NCBI GenBank assembly: GCA_963798915.1
Contig: CAWCVB010000005.1
Coordinates: 185,291 to 249,290, forward strand
From: an uncultured Gemmatimonadales bacterium
GTDB taxonomy: Bacteria > Gemmatimonadota > Gemmatimonadetes > Gemmatimonadales > GWC2-71-9
Length of the DNA stretch: 64,000 bases
Reading direction: 5' to 3'
A model generated the notes under the pieces. The model ran no database searches and had not been told where the DNA came from. It saw only the letters and a list, made by a program, of their open reading frames with translations. Position 1 is the first letter of the stretch, and each line of letters starts with the position of its first letter. Made by a program: the position numbers and the translations under genes. Below, piece by piece: positions 60,360 through 64,000 of this stretch.

Positions 60360-62135
60360 TCAGCGCTCCACCTCCGTCTGGTGACGACGCCAGGCTGCAC
60401 CACTCATCAGGTATCCGGCCAGAAACAGGATGCTCGCCCCGGTGACCAGCAGGCGGCCGGTCCAGGGTGCCGAGCTGGCGGAGACCAGCCCTTCAATCAG
60501 TCCGGCAACCAGCAGACATGCGACGGACATGCCGAGCATGCGAATGGCACGGCGCCCTGCCAGTACCAGGGCATCGGCGCGCGTCAGCTCGCCGGGGGCC
60601 ACCAGGGTCCGACCCAGCATGAATCCGGCACCGCCGGCAATCCAGATGGCGCTCAGTTCCAGGACGCCATGCCCGATGATGAACTCGGCGAGATAGGCAC
60701 CAAGCCCGACATTCACGAAATGCCCGAAGGACGCGCCCAGCTGGAGCCCATTCAGCGCCAGCAGGACCAGCGCACCGGCCCCGAGAAAAATTCCGCCCGC
60801 AAAGCAGTAGAGTGCCACCCGTACATTGTTAGTGATGATCGCCGAGGCCATGGCCGGACGGAGTCGCGCGGCAATCTCCACGTAGCGACCCCCGGTGCCC
60901 TTGGAGCGCAGGCCCGCCTCGGCGCGATCCAGCATGACGTCTGGCAGCACCTCTTCTGCCAGCTCGGGCTTGTCGCGAAGCATCCGGTAGCCGATCGTGG
61001 CCGGGACGCTGAACATGAGGCAGGCAAGAACCACCTCGCGCCACGCCCCGAGCACCGCTGCCGGACATTCCCGTGCGATGACGGCCCACGCCCGACTCAG
61101 GGCGCGACCCTCGTTCTGATAGAGTGCGTTGTGACCGGCAGCAGCGAGCCGCTCCACGCGCCCCACAATGAGCGGGTCCGCGCCATAGGTCCGAAGCCGG
61201 GCCAGGTCGGCCGCGACTTCACGGTACCGTGCGGCGAAGTCGGGAAGCTCCGCGGCAGCGAGGTCGTCGAGGCCACGGCGCTGGACTCGCGTGGCCAGGG
61301 CATCAAACTCATTCCAGCGGGCCGACTGCCGCGCGATCAGCTGCCATGCCGGTCCGCCGCCTCGAGCAGCCAACCCGCTGCTCCGCCGCGCGCGTTCGGC
61401 CTCCAGCAAGAGGGCGAGTCGGCCGGGGAGATCGACGTCCGGCGTCGTGCCGCTGAGGGGCTTGGCGAGGCGATGGCCCAGCTCCGCCGCCAGCCGAGCC
61501 CGTGCCGGCGGCGCCAGCGCATCAGCTCGGTCCACAAATGCCTCGAGCAACGCAAATTCCTGATCACTCAGCTCAGGTGCCTCGACGACCCGGTCTCCCG
61601 TGTCCCTGGGCCTTGGCGCCTCGACACGCTCGGCGGGCCGGTCGCGAACGACGATGGTGCCGCCGACGATGTCGCCCAGCCGGCGTCCTCTCGGATGAAG
61701 CGCGACCAGCAGCGCCCCTCCGAGATAGGGTGGCGGAAGGAAATCGGCGATGCGCAGCAGATTGCGCACCACGGCGCCCGTCCGGCTTACCGCATGTCCC
61801 GACTCGCTCACGACGCGCAGGCCGAGCCATCGCTTGCCCGGCGTCTGGCCCTGACGGAAAGCTTCAAAGAAGATGAAATAGCCGTACCAGATCGCGAAGC
61901 CGGCCCCGATCAGAACCGCCCCGGCGACAGGCCCGAACCAGGTTCCGGCGAGTCCCGACGCCATGGCGACGACGATCAGCGCGAGGATGAGTGCAATGAC
62001 GATGAGCTGGTCGATGAACGCCGCCGCCGCGCGCGAGCCCACACCGGCAATTTCGTAATCGAGCGCCACCAGTTCGGGTGTCTCGATCAGCAGGTGCTGC
62101 CGCAGATCCGGTCGCACGGGCGGGGTGGGTATCAT
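60360..62135 (-). CDS. RDD domain - SpoIIM (DUF95) fusion membrane protein
   Basis: IETPE..AGVGSRAAA.FID, GQTPGK, RLGD..GT; then YREVAADLAR, IITNNVRVA, HGVLEL. Confidence 0.88.
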   Translation of the reverse strand: MIPTPPVRPDLRQHLLIETPELVALDYEIAGVGSRAAAAFIDQLIVIALILALIVVAMASGLAGTWFGPVAGAVLIGAGFAIWYGYFIFFEAFRQGQTPGKRWLGLRVVSESGHAVSRTGAVVRNLLRIADFLPPPYLGGALLVALHPRGRRLGDIVGGTIVVRDRPAERVEAPRPRDTGDRVVEAPELSDQEFALLEAFVDRADALAPPARARLAAELGHRLAKPLSGTTPDVDLPGRLALLLEAERARRSSGLAARGGGPAWQLIARQSARWNEFDALATRVQRRGLDDLAAAELPDFAARYREVAADLARLRTYGADPLIVGRVERLAAAGHNALYQNEGRALSRAWAVIARECPAAVLGAWREVVLACLMFSVPATIGYRMLRDKPELAEEVLPDVMLDRAEAGLRSKGTGGRYVEIAARLRPAMASAIITNNVRVALYCFAGGIFLGAGALVLLALNGLQLGASFGHFVNVGLGAYLAEFIIGHGVLELSAIWIAGGAGFMLGRTLVAPGELTRADALVLAGRRAIRMLGMSVACLLVAGLIEGLVSASSAPWTGRLLVTGASILFLAGYLMSGAAWRRHQTEVER

Positions 62136-62233
62136 GCCTCAACGTAGCGCTGCGGAGGACTCGCGCGGAAGGCGGCGCACCTGCATCTTTACCTGCCCGC
62201 GATCGAATCCCACTTCTCAAGCCCGGAATGCAC

Positions 62234-63082
62234 ATGACGGCTCCGGCCCTGCGGCCGCTCAACTTCGGTGAAATCATCGATCAGGCGGTGAACCTCTTTC
62301 GCCGGCTGTTCGCACCGCTGGTACTGGTGCAGATCAGCTGCACCGGCATCCTGGTGCCGATCCAGCTCTACCTGGTCTCCAGCGGCCAGCAGATCTCGGG
62401 GCTCTATTTCCTGGCCCTCCTGCTCAACGTCGTGCTCTCGGCGCTCGCGAGTGCGGCAGTGGCGCTGATCATTTCCGAGAATTATCTCGGGCGCACACTG
62501 GGCCCGCTGCAGGCGGTTCGGCTGGCGGTGCCGAAGATCGGGCCTGTCATCCTGCTCTCCCTGTCGGTCGGACTGGTGCTGATCATCTCGGCGCTGCCGG
62601 CGTTCCTGGCGTTCGGCGCCGGATTTGCCCTGCTGGTGCCCGCCGGCAGCGTCGCGACCAACCTGCCGCTCGCCGGGGGCCTCTTCCTCGGCGGGCTCCT
62701 CCTGCTCGCCCTGCCGTTCGCGGTCTTTGCGGGGCTCGCTGTGGCCACCCCGGCCCTGGTCATCGAGAACCTGACCACGAGCGGCGCCCTGCGCCGATCC
62801 TGGTCGCTGAGCCGCGGGTTTCGGCTGCGAACGATGGGCCTGCTGCTGGTCACCAGCATTCTCCTCATGATTCCGCTGGTCGGCGTGAGCATGCTGGGCG
62901 GCCTCCTGCTCCGTGATGGCGCCTCGGCCGGTGCGTCGCCACTCACGACGGTGCTCACGCTCGCCGTCACGTTCGTGCTCACGCCGCTGATCTACTGTGT
63001 GCTGACGCTGCTCTACTATGACCTCCGCGTACGCAAGGAAGCCTTTGACCTGCAGGTCCTCGCGGAATCGCTGGCGGCTTGA
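62234..63082 (+). CDS. Conserved multi-TM membrane protein
   Basis: LRPLNFGEIIDQAV.LFR, ALRRSWSL.RG, LLYYDLRVRKEAFDL, typical of the gene upstream of DUF4129. Confidence 0.82.
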   Translation: MTAPALRPLNFGEIIDQAVNLFRRLFAPLVLVQISCTGILVPIQLYLVSSGQQISGLYFLALLLNVVLSALASAAVALIISENYLGRTLGPLQAVRLAVPKIGPVILLSLSVGLVLIISALPAFLAFGAGFALLVPAGSVATNLPLAGGLFLGGLLLLALPFAVFAGLAVATPALVIENLTTSGALRRSWSLSRGFRLRTMGLLLVTSILLMIPLVGVSMLGGLLLRDGASAGASPLTTVLTLAVTFVLTPLIYCVLTLLYYDLRVRKEAFDLQVLAESLAA

Positions 63083-63696
63083 GCGGGCGCTCCATGCCGC
63101 CTGACTCGCTGCGCGCGGTATTGGATTCGGTTTTCACCTCGCCGGCATACGACTGGCGTCCGCCGAACACTGCTGTGACCTGGATTCAGCAGCGGTGGCG
63201 GGCCGTGGTGGAGTGGCTCACCACGATGCGCGACCTCAATCCGCGAGTGTATCACGCGGTGGTGCTGCTGCTGGTCGCGACACTCGTGGCGATCATCCTG
63301 CATGCAGCCTGGATCCTGTACCGCACTGCACGAAGGGCTGAGGAAGGGGTCGCCGGCATGCCGGATGCGGCGCTACCGGCCGCACGGGACGCGGCATGGT
63401 TCCGGGCCGAGGCGGACCGGTTGGCCGGTGAGGGCCGCCTGGCCGACGCGATGCAGGCGGCATTTGTCGCACTGGCCCTGCACCTCGATGCCATCGGCTT
63501 GCTGCAGTACCAGGCCTCCAGGACTCCGGCCGAGTGCGCCCGTGAGGCCCGGCTCGCTGGGGCCGATCAGGTGCGATTGCAGCGGCTGGTGGGTGAGCTG
63601 TACCGCGCGGCCTTCGGCGGGGCACCGGTTGCCGCCGCCGATTACCGGGCCTGGCATGCCGAGGTGGAAGGGGTCTGGCATGCGCCCGCGCACTAG
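63079..63696 (+). CDS. DUF4129 domain protein
   Basis: One TM, then AEADRLA..G...AM..L..L..SRTPAE..R..Y...FGG. Confidence 0.8.
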   Translation: MSGRSMPPDSLRAVLDSVFTSPAYDWRPPNTAVTWIQQRWRAVVEWLTTMRDLNPRVYHAVVLLLVATLVAIILHAAWILYRTARRAEEGVAGMPDAALPAARDAAWFRAEADRLAGEGRLADAMQAAFVALALHLDAIGLLQYQASRTPAECAREARLAGADQVRLQRLVGELYRAAFGGAPVAAADYRAWHAEVEGVWHAPAH

Positions 63697-64000
63697 TCTC
63701 ATCATCGCCGCCACGGCGCTGGCGATGGTCGGCTTTGTTGCCGCCTCGCTGGGTCAGCGGCAGGCACGACCCGGGGATGCCGATCCTCGTCGATCCACCT
63801 TGCTGGTCGGTCCTCAGGGCGCCCGCGCGTGGGCCGACGCACTACAACTGCTCGGCGTCAGGGTCGCGCGGCACCGGCGAAGAACAACGGAGTTACCGGC
63901 GCCTCTCCCCGGCGACCTGTACGCGATCCTCGACCCGGCCGCGCGATTGAGTCCGCTCGATGGCCTGCGCCTCGAGGCCTGGCGCACCGCGGGCGGCTCG
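63680..64000 (+). CDS. DUF4350-like protein, 5' part (runs off the window)
   Basis: MRPRTSLIIAATALAMVGFVAASLG..RSTLLVGPQGARAWADAL..LGV..W...GG; open to the window end; follows DUF4129. Confidence 0.65.
   Translation, partial: MRPRTSLIIAATALAMVGFVAASLGQRQARPGDADPRRSTLLVGPQGARAWADALQLLGVRVARHRRRTTELPAPLPGDLYAILDPAARLSPLDGLRLEAWRTAGGS

Noticed and set aside
60381..62147. 588-aa plus-strand ORF
   Set aside because: Antisense shadow of the RDD-SpoIIM gene.
1..64000. CRISPR arrays, tRNA/rRNA, transposases, integrases, prophage or anti-phage defence genes
   Set aside because: No regularly spaced repeats, RNA-gene signatures or relevant protein motifs were seen by eye; a covariance-model scan was not possible.

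Overview
This is GC-rich bacterial DNA. Gene content and protein style suggest Gemmatimonadota, but that is an inference. Positions ~0.1-38.6 kb form one large cell-surface glycan locus built around an exosortase/PEP-CTERM system. It holds Wzm/Wzt, GT2 and GT4 glycosyltransferases, a heparinase II/III-like protein, two AsnB-type amidotransferases, a formyltransferase-like protein, a polysaccharide deacetylase, a GDP-mannose-dehydrogenase-like enzyme and a methyltransferase. It also holds two paralogous Ig-like/beta-helix lipoproteins, an O-antigen ligase/polymerase, a PEP-CTERM protein flanked by two paralogous 4-TM proteins, EpsI, exosortase, a priming sugar transferase, Wza- and Wzc-like proteins, a REC/degenerate-GGDEF protein and a sigma-54 two-component pair. 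Positions 38.8-64 kb are mostly housekeeping: NYN protein, mpg, kbl and tdh split by an unusual fusion gene, formate dehydrogenase alpha subunit, CDF transporter, SdpI-like protein, rlmI-like gene, thiE, mltG, ruvX, rho, site-2 protease, a stand-alone HisKA micro-protein and the start of an RDD/SpoIIM/DUF4129/DUF4350 cluster. Many genes in the first 26 kb are broken by small indels, most likely long-read assembly errors, and are reported as reconstructed genes with approximate junctions. No rRNA, tRNA, CRISPR array or mobile element was seen. All family calls come from motif recognition, not database searches.
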